DNA of 63,964 nucleotides, filler included, from an uncultured Methanoregulaceae archaeon (GCA_964530035.1; 3 parts of 3 records of this genome joined end to end with filler, not necessarily neighbours in it); one strand, 5' to 3'; shown: positions 54,406 through 63,964, counted from the first letter of the whole stretch. Notes: generated from the letters alone by a model not told the origin. Numbers and translations: made by a program.

Positions 54406-54488
54406 TACGCCTCCGGGTGTGCAGGATCCATGAAACCCAATCATATCAGCAGGGGTTTCTTACCAGCCTTATCAGGAAATAGTGAGAA

Positions 54489-55643
54489 TTAAACGTTTCC
54501 ATCCTTCCGTGGTGAAGTGCGCAGCCTTTCCCCATGCCCGGCGGCAAGGGCCCGGGCATGTGCAACCTGGCAGAAGTATTCCACCTGGCAGTCGAGGAAC
54601 CCTGTTTCAAGATCAGCATGGGCAGGGCACCACATACACAGGTCTGTGATCGGGCAACCGTTACAGGTGTCCCGAAATCCTTTCCTCTCTGACTGCATGG
54701 AACGGACGCCGGGGATGAAGTTTTCTATTGCATCGGCAACAGTTCCCGACCCGAGGTCGTACACACATTCCTTATGGCAGAGCGACGGGCAAAGCCACAA
54801 TTTTCCGTCATAACTAACAAAAAAATTTCCCATTCCCGTGCCACATCGGAAAAGGCGGTTGCCGGATCTCTTGTCTGATCGCTGGAGACGAAGTTCATCA
54901 CACCGTTTTTCGAGTGCACGGAACCGTTCAGGGTCTGATTGCTCAAGTTCAACGATTTCGCCAGGGCTCAGCCGTTCCTGCCGGATCTCTTCGTTCCTCG
55001 CTGGGTCATGGTCGACCCTCAGGTGGAGTTGTGGGTCAAAACGATAGTAATCAGCAGTCCTTTCACGGCAAAATACCGCGATTTCTTTCATCTCGTGGAG
55101 GTTCGAACGGAGGGCCATTGCCTTGAGCCGTACTTTAATTCCTTTCCCAAGAAGGAGGTCCAGGCCGCGCATGAAGGCGTCGTACGACCCGGCCCTCCTG
55201 GTAACGGCCTCGTAGGTTTCCCGTGTCACGCCGTACACCGTGATTTCAAGGTCCCGTGGAGGATATTTTTTGAACAGGTCTGCATACCTCTCATTCACCA
55301 GGGTACCGTTGGTCAGCACGGAGACCAGGAGACCTTTCTTCTTAAGACCCAGGTAAATATCCTTGAAATCAGGTCTCAGCAACGGTTCACCCCCGGTAAG
55401 GACGCACCATATGGCACCTGCCTCAGCGGCCTGCCCGGCTATTTCTAGGATCCTGCTGGCGGGCAGTTCGTTCCTCATCGCCTCCACATCGTTCGCCGGG
55501 AGGTTGACAAAACAGTGGCGGCAGTTGTTGTTGCACCTTGGAGTAATCTCGATGGTGAAGGATATGACGGAACCCGCCCCTTTCATGTCACCCCAGAGGG
55601 GCAGGGCCGGAAGTTTCTCCTGGTGCGAATAGCTGTCTTTCAT
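54489..55643 (-). CDS. Radical SAM/SPASM peptide maturase
   Basis: CNNNCRHC, TGGEPLLR, CGTG..LC..CNGCPITDLCMWC..YFC. Confidence 0.93.
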   Translation of the reverse strand: MKDSYSHQEKLPALPLWGDMKGAGSVISFTIEITPRCNNNCRHCFVNLPANDVEAMRNELPASRILEIAGQAAEAGAIWCVLTGGEPLLRPDFKDIYLGLKKKGLLVSVLTNGTLVNERYADLFKKYPPRDLEITVYGVTRETYEAVTRRAGSYDAFMRGLDLLLGKGIKVRLKAMALRSNLHEMKEIAVFCRERTADYYRFDPQLHLRVDHDPARNEEIRQERLSPGEIVELEQSDPERFRALEKRCDELRLQRSDKRSGNRLFRCGTGMGNFFVSYDGKLWLCPSLCHKECVYDLGSGTVADAIENFIPGVRSMQSERKGFRDTCNGCPITDLCMWCPAHADLETGFLDCQVEYFCQVAHARALAAGHGERLRTSPRKDGNV

Positions 55644-56704
55644 TGCCGCGTCCCCTCCTTTTTACAGGATAAATGCATTGTAATCCTTCGTTTACCTGTT
55701 TCCTGGTACTCCCGCTCCAGAGTATCTTCAAGACCCGGGCAGGTGGTCATTTCAAAACCCAGCTTCCTGTAAAGCCGTATTGCTGGTTCATTTGTTTCGT
55801 CCACAAGGAGAGAAACCCCTTCGGTACCCTCACTCCATGCCCCGGCCAGTGCATGTTGTATGAGCAGTTCTCCGACACCCATGCCTCTGCACGGGAGTAT
55901 CACCATTAGACTGGATATCCAGGTACCTGCATACGGACCTGATGATGCCGGATAGGTTGCAAGGTCGATGGAACCAATCTCCTTCATGCACATTGCAGCC
56001 GTGAAACGGGTCAGCCTGAAAGGAACGGCGTTTGAGTCAGCCAGGGGAGTATTGCCGATGCCTGCAGGTAGTGTCGCCCTGCCTGGGTCTGCCTGGACGA
56101 CAACCAGGCCCCATTTACGCGTGACCGTTCTCATAGTCCGCCTGTAAGCCGCNNNNNNNNNNTGCGCGAGGAACGCTCCCTTTCCACAGACCATGGCCAG
56201 GGTGCGTACCGGCCTCAATATCGGCTTCAGGAGGGAATGCCTGCTAAGAAACGCGATTATCCGCCTACCTGAGCGGGTACCCATCCCGTGTCTTCCACGG
56301 CCACGCTCCACGCACGTGACAATGCCGAGTATCCTGTCTGCCGGGATAAGGCCGTCTGGTTTATCAGCATTATCTCCCCGGATGAGGAAGGAGTCACTGT
56401 TCACCGCGACTACCCTGTGGACCACGAGGCGTCCCGTCTCCGGGTGGTGGAATGCGACAACATCCCCAAGCGCCGGGTGACCTGGGGAAACAGGAGAAAC
56501 GGTTATGGTGTCGCCGTCAAGGATGGAAGGGTACATGCTATGGCCGGGAGCCCTGAAACGGAAGGGTTTCTTCTGGTCCACGACCGCCTTAAGCAGTTCA
56601 AGTCGTAATGCCGGAGAAAGAGACCCCTCCTCGCCTGTCCGGATATAGCGGCTCCCCTGGGACGATGGCAGCGGCTCTCCACCTGTTATCATTGATACCA
56701 CCAT
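55640..56704 (-). CDS. S24/S26 peptidase domain plus C-terminal GNAT acetyltransferase (N gap between the domains)
   Basis: GHSMYPSILDGD, GDVVAF, VVHRV, RGDN. Then RGMGVGELL and NEPAIRLYRKLGF. Confidence 0.8.
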   Translation of the reverse strand: MVVSMITGGEPLPSSQGSRYIRTGEEGSLSPALRLELLKAVVDQKKPFRFRAPGHSMYPSILDGDTITVSPVSPGHPALGDVVAFHHPETGRLVVHRVVAVNSDSFLIRGDNADKPDGLIPADRILGIVTCVERGRGRHGMGTRSGRRIIAFLSRHSLLKPILRPVRTLAMVCGKGAFLAXXXXAAYRRTMRTVTRKWGLVVVQADPGRATLPAGIGNTPLADSNAVPFRLTRFTAAMCMKEIGSIDLATYPASSGPYAGTWISSLMVILPCRGMGVGELLIQHALAGAWSEGTEGVSLLVDETNEPAIRLYRKLGFEMTTCPGLEDTLEREYQETGKRRITMHLSCKKEGTRQ

Positions 56705-56834
56705 TCCTGCCCGGATACACTATCAGCTTTTTGGGCTATACCGGGAATTGAAAAAATGGTGCACCACTCCGTCAGCACTCCGGGTATTCCCGCTCCCGGA
56801 CAAGCCTGCCTGGTTTGGAAAATAGACACTGTCA

Positions 56835-59237
56835 TCATGCCGCACTGACGGTTAAACCGTTCTGAATGTCCGACTCGGCAACCCTGAAAGAAATGCTCTG
56901 GTTCAGAAGGAGGTATGGACCTAAGGCCCGTACCCCCCCATTGGAGGCTTCAGTGGCATAGGGGACGATGAACTCGCCGTTCGAACTTTCCTGGGTATAG
57001 GTGAACCTCCGGCCGGCATTTGTCTCAAGGGGCACCTGGATCACACCTGAACCATTTATCCTGGCCCCCTTCACGAATTCAAAAATCTTGACCTGCCGGA
57101 TATCCCGTCCCGAAGATGCATATGCCGTTTCAGGGGACTCGTAGACCAGCCTGAAACGGGTGAGCGCCGGGACCACTGCGGTACTATTGACATAGTCCCG
57201 GCTGAAGAGGCCTGATTGTACACCCTGGGCCGGAGAGGTATTTCTCGACTCCATGAATGCGTCAACATCCTGGTATTGCATGGTCCTGATGAATATGACG
57301 GGTGGATTGACCGTTTCCGGCACTGTTGACTGGTATTCAACATAGTCCACCTCGCCGGGAACCTGCAATTCGCCGTCGAAGAGGTGGAGCCGTGATACCA
57401 TGGTCTGGTGGAATGCCGGGCTGAGAAATGGCACTGGTCTTTGAACCCCTTTTTCCTGCCCGACCCGGGCAGTCAAGAAGGTGATGTATGGTGATGTCAC
57501 GTTCACCGGGTCCTGGTAGGTCGCAACCGCCCAGAATTTTGAGGAAACAAGGTCAAAATCGGTGATTACATACCTCGAACCCTCCTTTTCAAGGACGTGG
57601 GTGGCGGTTTTCTCGTCCCGGGCAAGGAGAAATGCCGGAGCACCGTATTTCCCCCGTAAGCCCTCCTGGAACGGGTTCGTGTTCGGGATCCGGTGCGCCA
57701 GGAAGGTGATCATGTGCCCGTAGTCCCACCATGACATGATGCCGTATGCCCGGGAGGGATAGGAAAACCGGTCTTCAGAATACAACACATAATACCCGAC
57801 ACCCGTATCCGGTGTGTTTGACTGCAGCCAGTCCATGGCCCCTGACCACCCTGCAGGAGGGACGGGGGGCGAAAGGTGGAGGTCTGACCATATGGCAGTC
57901 CCTGTGAAGCATACACCGAGTAGAATCACGAGGATGAACCGGGACTCCTTCCCTGTGACAGGTTGGTGACGGTCCTTCCGAACCGGCTTTCCTTCATGCC
58001 TCCTCCGCCTCACACCATCGACTGGCCCGGATGCTGATAGCCTTTTTTCTCCCCCGGGTGCCTGTGCCCACCCGGGTCTTCCGGACGTGACAGCCCAACT
58101 TATCGGGAGGGCTGCGATGACGGCGAAAGGGGCCCCAAGGAGGTATTCATACCTGCCGTGCATGAGTGACATGACCAGGAGAAGAATCCCCCAGAGGAGG
58201 CAGAGGAGATCCGGCGGGTGCCGGTCTTTCCATACTCTCATGATGAGAACGATGAACCCGCCGAGGAGGAGGAACAGGCCGAACTGGTACGTGGAAAGGA
58301 GGTCGATGAAACCCATCGGACGCGCTTCAACGACGGTTACCGCAAAAACCTTCTGGCCGAACGCCTCCATGAGCCCGTTGACCGCCGTGTTGTAGAGTGA
58401 GGGAACGGCAAAGGCTGAAATGATGACTGCCCCTCCACCCAGCACGAGGAGAACAACCGGGTAGAGAATAAAGGGCTTTTTTTCAAGCACCCTGCTGAGG
58501 AGGCAGAGCCCACCTGTCCCGAGGATGATGAGCATGAAGGCAAGCGGGTGTCCCATCGAGTAAAAGGTGAGGAGAAAGGATTGCGGGACGCGGATGTAGC
58601 ATAGTGACCCCAGAAGGGCGCACCCGAAGACACAGGCATTGATCGCGACCAGGTACAGGAAATCGCGTCTGGCGTGGAAATCGAGGACTGACTGGACTAC
58701 GGTAAAAACTGCTGCCAGGAATGCGAATATGATGAATGTGGGCATCGTCAGGTACCCGGCGACATAGACGGAACCACAGATCAGCGAGAGGATAAGGACT
58801 TTCCGGGTGTCCTTGGGCTGATCTGGATTTTTATGTGAGTTTGATGCAGAACGGAGCGCTGACAGGTAACAGAGGACGAAAGCACAGCCGAACAGGGCTT
58901 CGGCCACGTGATGGTCAATCACCCCGAATGACGATGTTGCGAAAAAGTTCCCCGGCATCACGGCGATAAAAAGGGCAGCGGTCATCCCGCAGACCCAGTC
59001 ACCGAGGGATTTTCCGATGAGGTAGGTAAGCGGGACAAGGAGTGCTGCAAGGAGAGGTGGTACAAGGACTGCAGTTCCTATTATCTCCTGGCGGGTGACT
59101 GCACCTGATATGAGGCAGGAGAAGGTGACAATGGATGCAAAGACCGGGCCCCAGTTCACATAAGTCCCATAGGGGAAGAACGTCATCGGGTCATAGGTCG
59201 TGTAGGAAGGGAACCCTGGCAGCATGAATTCAACCTG
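56835..59237 (-). CDS. aglB: Archaeal oligosaccharyltransferase (STT3 family), 5' truncated at contig end
   Basis: YDPMTFFPYG, DHHVAE, TVVEA, SWWDYGH, NPFQEG, many TMs. Confidence 0.93.
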   Translation of the reverse strand, partial: QVEFMLPGFPSYTTYDPMTFFPYGTYVNWGPVFASIVTFSCLISGAVTRQEIIGTAVLVPPLLAALLVPLTYLIGKSLGDWVCGMTAALFIAVMPGNFFATSSFGVIDHHVAEALFGCAFVLCYLSALRSASNSHKNPDQPKDTRKVLILSLICGSVYVAGYLTMPTFIIFAFLAAVFTVVQSVLDFHARRDFLYLVAINACVFGCALLGSLCYIRVPQSFLLTFYSMGHPLAFMLIILGTGGLCLLSRVLEKKPFILYPVVLLVLGGGAVIISAFAVPSLYNTAVNGLMEAFGQKVFAVTVVEARPMGFIDLLSTYQFGLFLLLGGFIVLIMRVWKDRHPPDLLCLLWGILLLVMSLMHGRYEYLLGAPFAVIAALPISWAVTSGRPGWAQAPGGEKRLSASGPVDGVRRRRHEGKPVRKDRHQPVTGKESRFILVILLGVCFTGTAIWSDLHLSPPVPPAGWSGAMDWLQSNTPDTGVGYYVLYSEDRFSYPSRAYGIMSWWDYGHMITFLAHRIPNTNPFQEGLRGKYGAPAFLLARDEKTATHVLEKEGSRYVITDFDLVSSKFWAVATYQDPVNVTSPYITFLTARVGQEKGVQRPVPFLSPAFHQTMVSRLHLFDGELQVPGEVDYVEYQSTVPETVNPPVIFIRTMQYQDVDAFMESRNTSPAQGVQSGLFSRDYVNSTAVVPALTRFRLVYESPETAYASSGRDIRQVKIFEFVKGARINGSGVIQVPLETNAGRRFTYTQESSNGEFIVPYATEASNGGVRALGPYLLLNQSISFRVAESDIQNGLTVSAA

Positions 59238-59337
59238 NNNNNNNNNNNNNNNNNNNNNNNNNNNNNNNNNNNNNNNNNNNNTTAATTAATTAANNNNNNN
59301 NNNNNNNNNNNNNNNNNNNNNNNNNNNNNNNNNNNNN
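59238..59337. other. Artificial contig linker (N44-TTAATTAATTAA-N44)
   Basis: Same spacer as at 29624. Confidence 0.97.
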
Positions 59338-59439
59338 GTTCCCGGCTATCCCCCGGGGCCGGCGAAGCCCTGAAGCGCCCTGATCCCAACTTTTTTCACG
59401 TTCCACCCGGACACTGTCACGTAACGAGGTAATGGACAC

Positions 59440-59898
59440 ATGGATACCCTCACGGTAAAGCTCCCGGTATTTCATCTCCCTGCGAACTACACCTGTGACG
59501 GGGAGGATATCAGCCCCGCCATCCAGGTCGAAGGCGTCGGCCCCGGCGTGAAAGCAATGGTCGTCATGATGATCGACGCAACGGCAGCCGGAGGGGGATC
59601 GTTCACCCACTGGCTCTTCTGGAACGTGGAACCGGCCCGCATCATTCCGGAAAAAATCCCGGCTGACCCTGTCGTTAGCTTTCCGATCGCCGGCGTCCAG
59701 GGAAAAAATGACTTTGGGTCCATCGGGTACTCGGGGCCGTGCCCGCCGAAGGGTTCCGACCACCGGTACGACATCAAGGTCTATGGCCTGAGTTCGCAGA
59801 TCGACCTCCCCCCGGGCAGTGACAGGAAGGCGCTTGCCGCGGCGATGGCTGGAAAAGTGGTCTCCTTTGGCCAGGGAAACGTGATATACGGGAGATGA
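59440..59898 (+). CDS. YbhB/YbcL (PEBP) family protein
   Basis: YTCDGEDISP, FTHW, GKNDFGSIGYSGPCPP, HRY. Confidence 0.9.
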   Translation: MDTLTVKLPVFHLPANYTCDGEDISPAIQVEGVGPGVKAMVVMMIDATAAGGGSFTHWLFWNVEPARIIPEKIPADPVVSFPIAGVQGKNDFGSIGYSGPCPPKGSDHRYDIKVYGLSSQIDLPPGSDRKALAAAMAGKVVSFGQGNVIYGR

Positions 59899-59910
59899 CC
59901 CGCGTGGGGG

Positions 59911-60717
59911 TCAGGGCCTTACGGGGATATTCCGTTCGGCGAGGTACTCCTTGACGTCCCTGACCGTCAGCTCGCCATAGTGAAAGACGCTTGCGGCAAG
60001 GCATGCATCGGCCTTTCCGTACGCAAACCCCTCGTAGAAATGGTCGAGGGTGCCGACTCCCCCGCTAGCTATCACCGGGATCCCGACCTCCTCGGAGATC
60101 CGGGCCGTGATAGGGATGTCAAAGCCTTTCTTCGTCCCGTCGGTCTCCATGCTGGTCAGCAGGATCTCGCCGGCACCCCGCCGTTCCGCCTCCTTTGCCC
60201 AGGTGACCGCATCTATCCCGGTCGGTTTCGACCCGCCGTAGATGACGACCTCGTACCAGCAGTCCTCTTCGTCCCTGGCGGAGATCAAGGTCCCTTCAGG
60301 ATTTTTCTGGTAATTACGCTTCACGTCCATCGCTACGACGATGCACTGCGTCCCGAAGGACAATGCCCCCTGGTCTATCAGTGACGGGTCGAGGACTGCG
60401 CTGGTGTTCATGCTGACCTTGTCGGCACCGGCACGGAGGATCTGCCTGATGTCCTCGACCGAGCGGATGCCGCCGCCGACGGTCAGGGGGAGAAAGAGTT
60501 CGTCGGCCGCCCGTCCGATCACCTCGACGAGGATGTCGCGTTCCTCCTTTGATGCGGTGATGTCGAGAAAAACAACCTCGTCGGCACCCTGCTCGTTGTA
60601 CCGTTCCGCGAGTTCCACGGGGTCACCTGCGTCACGGAGGTTGAGAAAGTTCGTCCCCTTCACCACCCTGCCGTCCTTGATGTCCAGGCACGGGATGATC
60701 CGCCGTGTGAGTACCAT
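59911..60717 (-). CDS. hisF: Imidazole glycerol phosphate synthase cyclase subunit
   Basis: [40 protein letters not shown]. Confidence 0.96.
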   Translation of the reverse strand: MVLTRRIIPCLDIKDGRVVKGTNFLNLRDAGDPVELAERYNEQGADEVVFLDITASKEERDILVEVIGRAADELFLPLTVGGGIRSVEDIRQILRAGADKVSMNTSAVLDPSLIDQGALSFGTQCIVVAMDVKRNYQKNPEGTLISARDEEDCWYEVVIYGGSKPTGIDAVTWAKEAERRGAGEILLTSMETDGTKKGFDIPITARISEEVGIPVIASGGVGTLDHFYEGFAYGKADACLAASVFHYGELTVRDVKEYLAERNIPVRP

Positions 60718-60971
60718 GCTCACCATGTCGGCGGGATACCCCATGAGGGTTTCCCGCTGGCCGGGGCTGGAGCAGCCCTGCCCTTTCCACGCCATGCCCC
60801 CTCAAGTCTTATCCCTGTTCAGTGCACCATCTCATCAGGACGGAAAAAAGGGCTGAGCGTTATGGAAAAACGGGATCTGAACCGGGTTTTTATGGCCGTG
60901 ACCGGGATGCCGGTCCGACAGGTGGGTTATGCACGAGGAATGGTTCTGGCCGGGATGCCTGGAGCGGTACC

Positions 60972-61709
60972 ATGACCCTTGGAAAACGGTGTGCAGCCGA
61001 GTGCCTCGGCACCCTCATCCTGGTCTACATCGGGGCCGGCGCGGCGGCCATCACGCTCATGCTCGCCCAGGGCACGGACCCTGCGAGCTCCTTCTCCATC
61101 GGTATCGGGGCTCTCGGAGGTCTTGCCGACTGGCTTGCCATAGGAATGGCCTTTGCCATTGCCATCGCCGGGGGGATCTATGCGCTCGGCAGGGTCTCGG
61201 GGGCCCACCTGAACCCTGCGGTATCCATCGCCCTTCTGGCCACCCGCAGGTTCCCTGCCAGGGACACCCTTGCCTACATCATCGCCCAGTGTATCGGAGC
61301 CTCTCTCGGCAGCCTTCTCTTCGCCCTGTCTGCGGGGAGCAACGCCGTCCTGGTGGGGGGCCTCGGGGCGACCGCACCTTTCCCGGGGATCGGGATCGGC
61401 CAGGCAGTCCTCGCAGAGGCGATAGGGACTTTCATCCTGGTGCTGGTCATCATGGGAGTGGCCGTCGACAGGCAGGCACCTCCCGGATTTGCAGGGCTTA
61501 TCATCGGCCTGACCGTGGGCGGGATCATCACCACCACCGGGAATATCGCCGGGGCGTCACTGAACCCGGCCAGGACCTTCGGGCCGTACCTCATCGACTC
61601 AGTCCTCGGGGGGCCGCAGCTGTGGCAGTTTCTCCCCATCTACATCATCGGGCCGGTCGCAGGGGCGGTCGCGGCCGCGTTGCTGTATGACTGGATCGTT
61701 GCAGAATAA
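60972..61709 (+). CDS. aqpM: Aquaporin (MIP family)
   Basis: Two NPA boxes (SGAHLNPAVS, GASLNPARTFGP) and the GIGALGGLADWLAIG segment typical of AqpM. Confidence 0.92.
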   Translation: MTLGKRCAAECLGTLILVYIGAGAAAITLMLAQGTDPASSFSIGIGALGGLADWLAIGMAFAIAIAGGIYALGRVSGAHLNPAVSIALLATRRFPARDTLAYIIAQCIGASLGSLLFALSAGSNAVLVGGLGATAPFPGIGIGQAVLAEAIGTFILVLVIMGVAVDRQAPPGFAGLIIGLTVGGIITTTGNIAGASLNPARTFGPYLIDSVLGGPQLWQFLPIYIIGPVAGAVAAALLYDWIVAE

Positions 61710-61812
61710 TCCTTTTTTTCCGGTGTTTCTCGTTTGCCGGCGGGAACCAGGGTATCAGACCCGGAGCATGACTGATCAGAGTGCAGCCTCTTCCCGGTCC
61801 AGGCACCGGATA

Positions 61813-62370
61813 TCACCCGGAACCGAGTTTCTGCTGCCTGTCCCGCTGTCCCCCATCCAGGGCCAGGTGGGCGAGCAGCGAACCATCTGCGAGGATGTGG
61901 TACACCCGGACCCCTGAAGTCATGAGGGCCGGCGCGATAAGGACTGCCCGGTGACAGTCAGCCGGGTCCTTCTCCGCACACATGAGACAGCACCTCGTTC
62001 CCCGTCGTGCAGATAGGGCGATTGCTTCGATTCCCTCCCTGAATGAGGGTGAACTCCTGGTCTGGTCATAATCCGGAGTCGCGGGACGCCCGTGGGTTCC
62101 TGGTGCCCGGGGCCACCCCCCGAGCCTGTCGCCACACCAGCGGTAACTGAACCCTTCGGCAGAAAGCATGTTCTGAACGGTTTCCCTGTTGAACTGGCAG
62201 GCATACCTGCTGTAGGGGGAGGACCGTACGTCCAGGACCACGGCGACCTGGTGGATGGACAGCAACGCGACCAGGTGTCCTGGCTGGTGGTTCGAGTGTC
62301 CGACCGTGAAACAGACCGGAACATCCCCGGTCACGGACCCTTCCCGGCTGTCCCTCCCCATCCTGCTCAA
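61813..62370 (-). CDS. DUF488 family protein
   Basis: FTVGHSNH, DVRSSPYSR, LGG, LMCAE..CHR. Confidence 0.88.
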   Translation of the reverse strand: MSRMGRDSREGSVTGDVPVCFTVGHSNHQPGHLVALLSIHQVAVVLDVRSSPYSRYACQFNRETVQNMLSAEGFSYRWCGDRLGGWPRAPGTHGRPATPDYDQTRSSPSFREGIEAIALSARRGTRCCLMCAEKDPADCHRAVLIAPALMTSGVRVYHILADGSLLAHLALDGGQRDRQQKLGSG

Positions 62371-62459
62371 CCTTTTTTGCCTTTACCCGTCATAGATGTT
62401 AAGACTTGTCCGCACCGGCAGCAGGTAACCGGTTCCGGCGGATATGCAGGAGAGGACGG

Positions 62460-63689
62460 ATGACACATACCGGCGAGGCGAAGATTTCCTGGGCCAGGCA
62501 GTACATGCCGGTCCTCGGGGTTATACGCAGCGAATTTGAACGGGACAAACCTCTGAAGGGGCTGACCGTGGGGATGGCCCTGCATGTCGAGGCAAAGACC
62601 GCAAACCTCGTGACCACGCTTGTAGCCGGGGGTGCGACGGTCCATATCACCGGTTGCAACCCGCTTTCAACCCAGGATGACGTTTCAGAGGCGCTCGGCA
62701 GGGTCCCGGGTGTCAGCTGCTATGCACGGCGGGGCTGCAGGGTGGAAGAGTACTACGCGGCGATCGACCGCGTCCTCGATGCCCGCCCCGATATCACCAT
62801 CGATGACGGCATGGACTTGATCCACCGGCTCCACACCGGACGGCAGGACGTACTCCCCGGGGTTATCGGGGGGTGCGAGGAGACGACGACCGGCATCCAC
62901 CGGCTGCGGTCAATGGCGGCCGAGGGAAAGCTGAAGTTCCCGGTCATCGCGGTCAACGACACGCCGATGAAACGCCACTTTGACAATGTCCACGGGACAG
63001 GCGAGTCCGCCCTGACCGCGATCATGGCGACAACGAACGTCCTAATCGCCGGAAAGTGGGTTGTCGTGGCGGGTTACGGGTTCTGTGGCCGCGGGCTGGC
63101 CCGCAAGGCCCACGGGCTCGGGGCGAAGGTGGTCGTGACCGAGATCGACCCGCGGCGTGCCCTCGAAGCCCACATGGACGGCTTCATGGTCATGACCATG
63201 GCGGAGGCGGCACGCATCGGGGACATCTTCGTTACGACGACGGGTAATATCGGGATCATCACCGGCAGCCACTTCCCGCTCATGAAGGACGGGGCCATCC
63301 TGTGCAATGCCGGGCACTTCAACGTCGAGATCGACGCGACGTGGCTCGAAGCCCATGCAGAGTCGGTGGAAAAAAGAGACGGGATCGAGTCCTTCACGAT
63401 AGGTGGAAAGCACCTCCACCTCCTCGCCGAGGGCAGGCTCGTCAACCTGGCAGTGCCGAAGGGAATGGGTCACCCGGTCGAGGTCATGGACCTCTCCTTT
63501 GCCCTCCAGGCGTTGTCGGCGCGGTACATCGCCGAACATGGAAAAGGACTTGCCGGCGGCGTCTACGATGTCCCCCAGGAGATCGACGAGGCGGTCGCGC
63601 AAAAGAAACTGGACTCGCTCGGTATAGAAATCGAGCGTCTTACGAAGGAACAGTCTGTCTACCTGACGAGCTGGGACTGCGGGACCTGA
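62460..63689 (+). CDS. ahcY: S-adenosyl/S-inosyl-homocysteine hydrolase
   Basis: LHVEAKTA, CNPLSTQD, EETTTG, FDNVHGTG, GYGFCGRG, NAGHF, GHPVEVMDLSF. Confidence 0.95.
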   Translation: MTHTGEAKISWARQYMPVLGVIRSEFERDKPLKGLTVGMALHVEAKTANLVTTLVAGGATVHITGCNPLSTQDDVSEALGRVPGVSCYARRGCRVEEYYAAIDRVLDARPDITIDDGMDLIHRLHTGRQDVLPGVIGGCEETTTGIHRLRSMAAEGKLKFPVIAVNDTPMKRHFDNVHGTGESALTAIMATTNVLIAGKWVVVAGYGFCGRGLARKAHGLGAKVVVTEIDPRRALEAHMDGFMVMTMAEAARIGDIFVTTTGNIGIITGSHFPLMKDGAILCNAGHFNVEIDATWLEAHAESVEKRDGIESFTIGGKHLHLLAEGRLVNLAVPKGMGHPVEVMDLSFALQALSARYIAEHGKGLAGGVYDVPQEIDEAVAQKKLDSLGIEIERLTKEQSVYLTSWDCGT

Positions 63690-63964
63690 CACCTCCGGCA
63701 GCGTCCTCCCGTGCGGCCATGAAGAGGTACTGCTGCGCATACCCGGCATACGGCCCGAAGTAACTCCGCGCAAACTCTCCTATCCTGGCGTAGGCTGAAT
63801 GTGTCAGGGAGGTCCCTGTTGCAGGCGCCCCGGGGTACCTCTCCATTACTCTCCTCATCCAGACATCAACGGGGAAAGCCTCGTTTTTTCCAAACCCGAA
63901 GAGCAGGATGCAGTCTGCTGCCTTGGCCCCGACCCCGGGGTATTTCATGAGCAGTTCCCTGGCT
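63640..63964 (-). CDS. 8-oxoguanine DNA glycosylase / HhH-GPD family, 3' part
   Basis: PGVGAKAADCILLF, FPVDVW, FGPYAGYAQQYLF. Runs off the window end. Confidence 0.85.
   Translation of the reverse strand, partial: ARELLMKYPGVGAKAADCILLFGFGKNEAFPVDVWMRRVMERYPGAPATGTSLTHSAYARIGEFARSYFGPYAGYAQQYLFMAAREDAAGGVRSRSPSSSGRQTVPS

Noticed and set aside
50456..55643. PQQ, mycofactocin or lasso peptide biosynthesis
   Set aside because: No PqqB/C and no ExxxY precursor. No MftA-like C-terminal GVY. No asparagine-synthetase-like lasso cyclase or transglutaminase-like B protein.

Overview
Archaeal methanogen sequence, most consistent with Methanomicrobiales (Methanoregulaceae/Methanolinea-like). Evidence for this is the MCR component A2, AglB, AqpM, TrpB2, PEGA and pilin-like surface proteins, and GGTGA/GGAGG ribosome-binding sites. 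The window is three contigs joined by artificial N44-TTAATTAATTAA-N44 linkers (29624-29723 and 59238-59337), with several 10-N scaffold gaps. Contig 1 carries panE, an ABC exporter, an AguB-AguA fusion, a frameshifted PAS histidine kinase, superoxide reductase, a molybdate transporter, cooS-cooC, a Mrp/NifX/DUF134 locus with a repeated operator, atwA and two copies of a hairpin-rich MITE-like repeat. Contig 2 carries tRNA-Leu(CAA), ALDH, a PEGA protein, trpB2, acs, argC-CBS-argJ-argB and the standout locus (49108-56704). That locus is an apparently complete archaeal RiPP cluster: a 57-aa Cys-containing precursor with a WxxPxL leader, a stand-alone PqqD/RRE, three radical SAM/SPASM enzymes (one fused to an HPr-kinase-like P-loop domain), an S24/S26 peptidase-GNAT fusion and a nucleotidyltransferase. 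It lies next to an aglB gene. Contig 3 is housekeeping (hisF, aqpM, ahcY, DNA glycosylase). All calls come from motif recognition by eye; no database searches were run.
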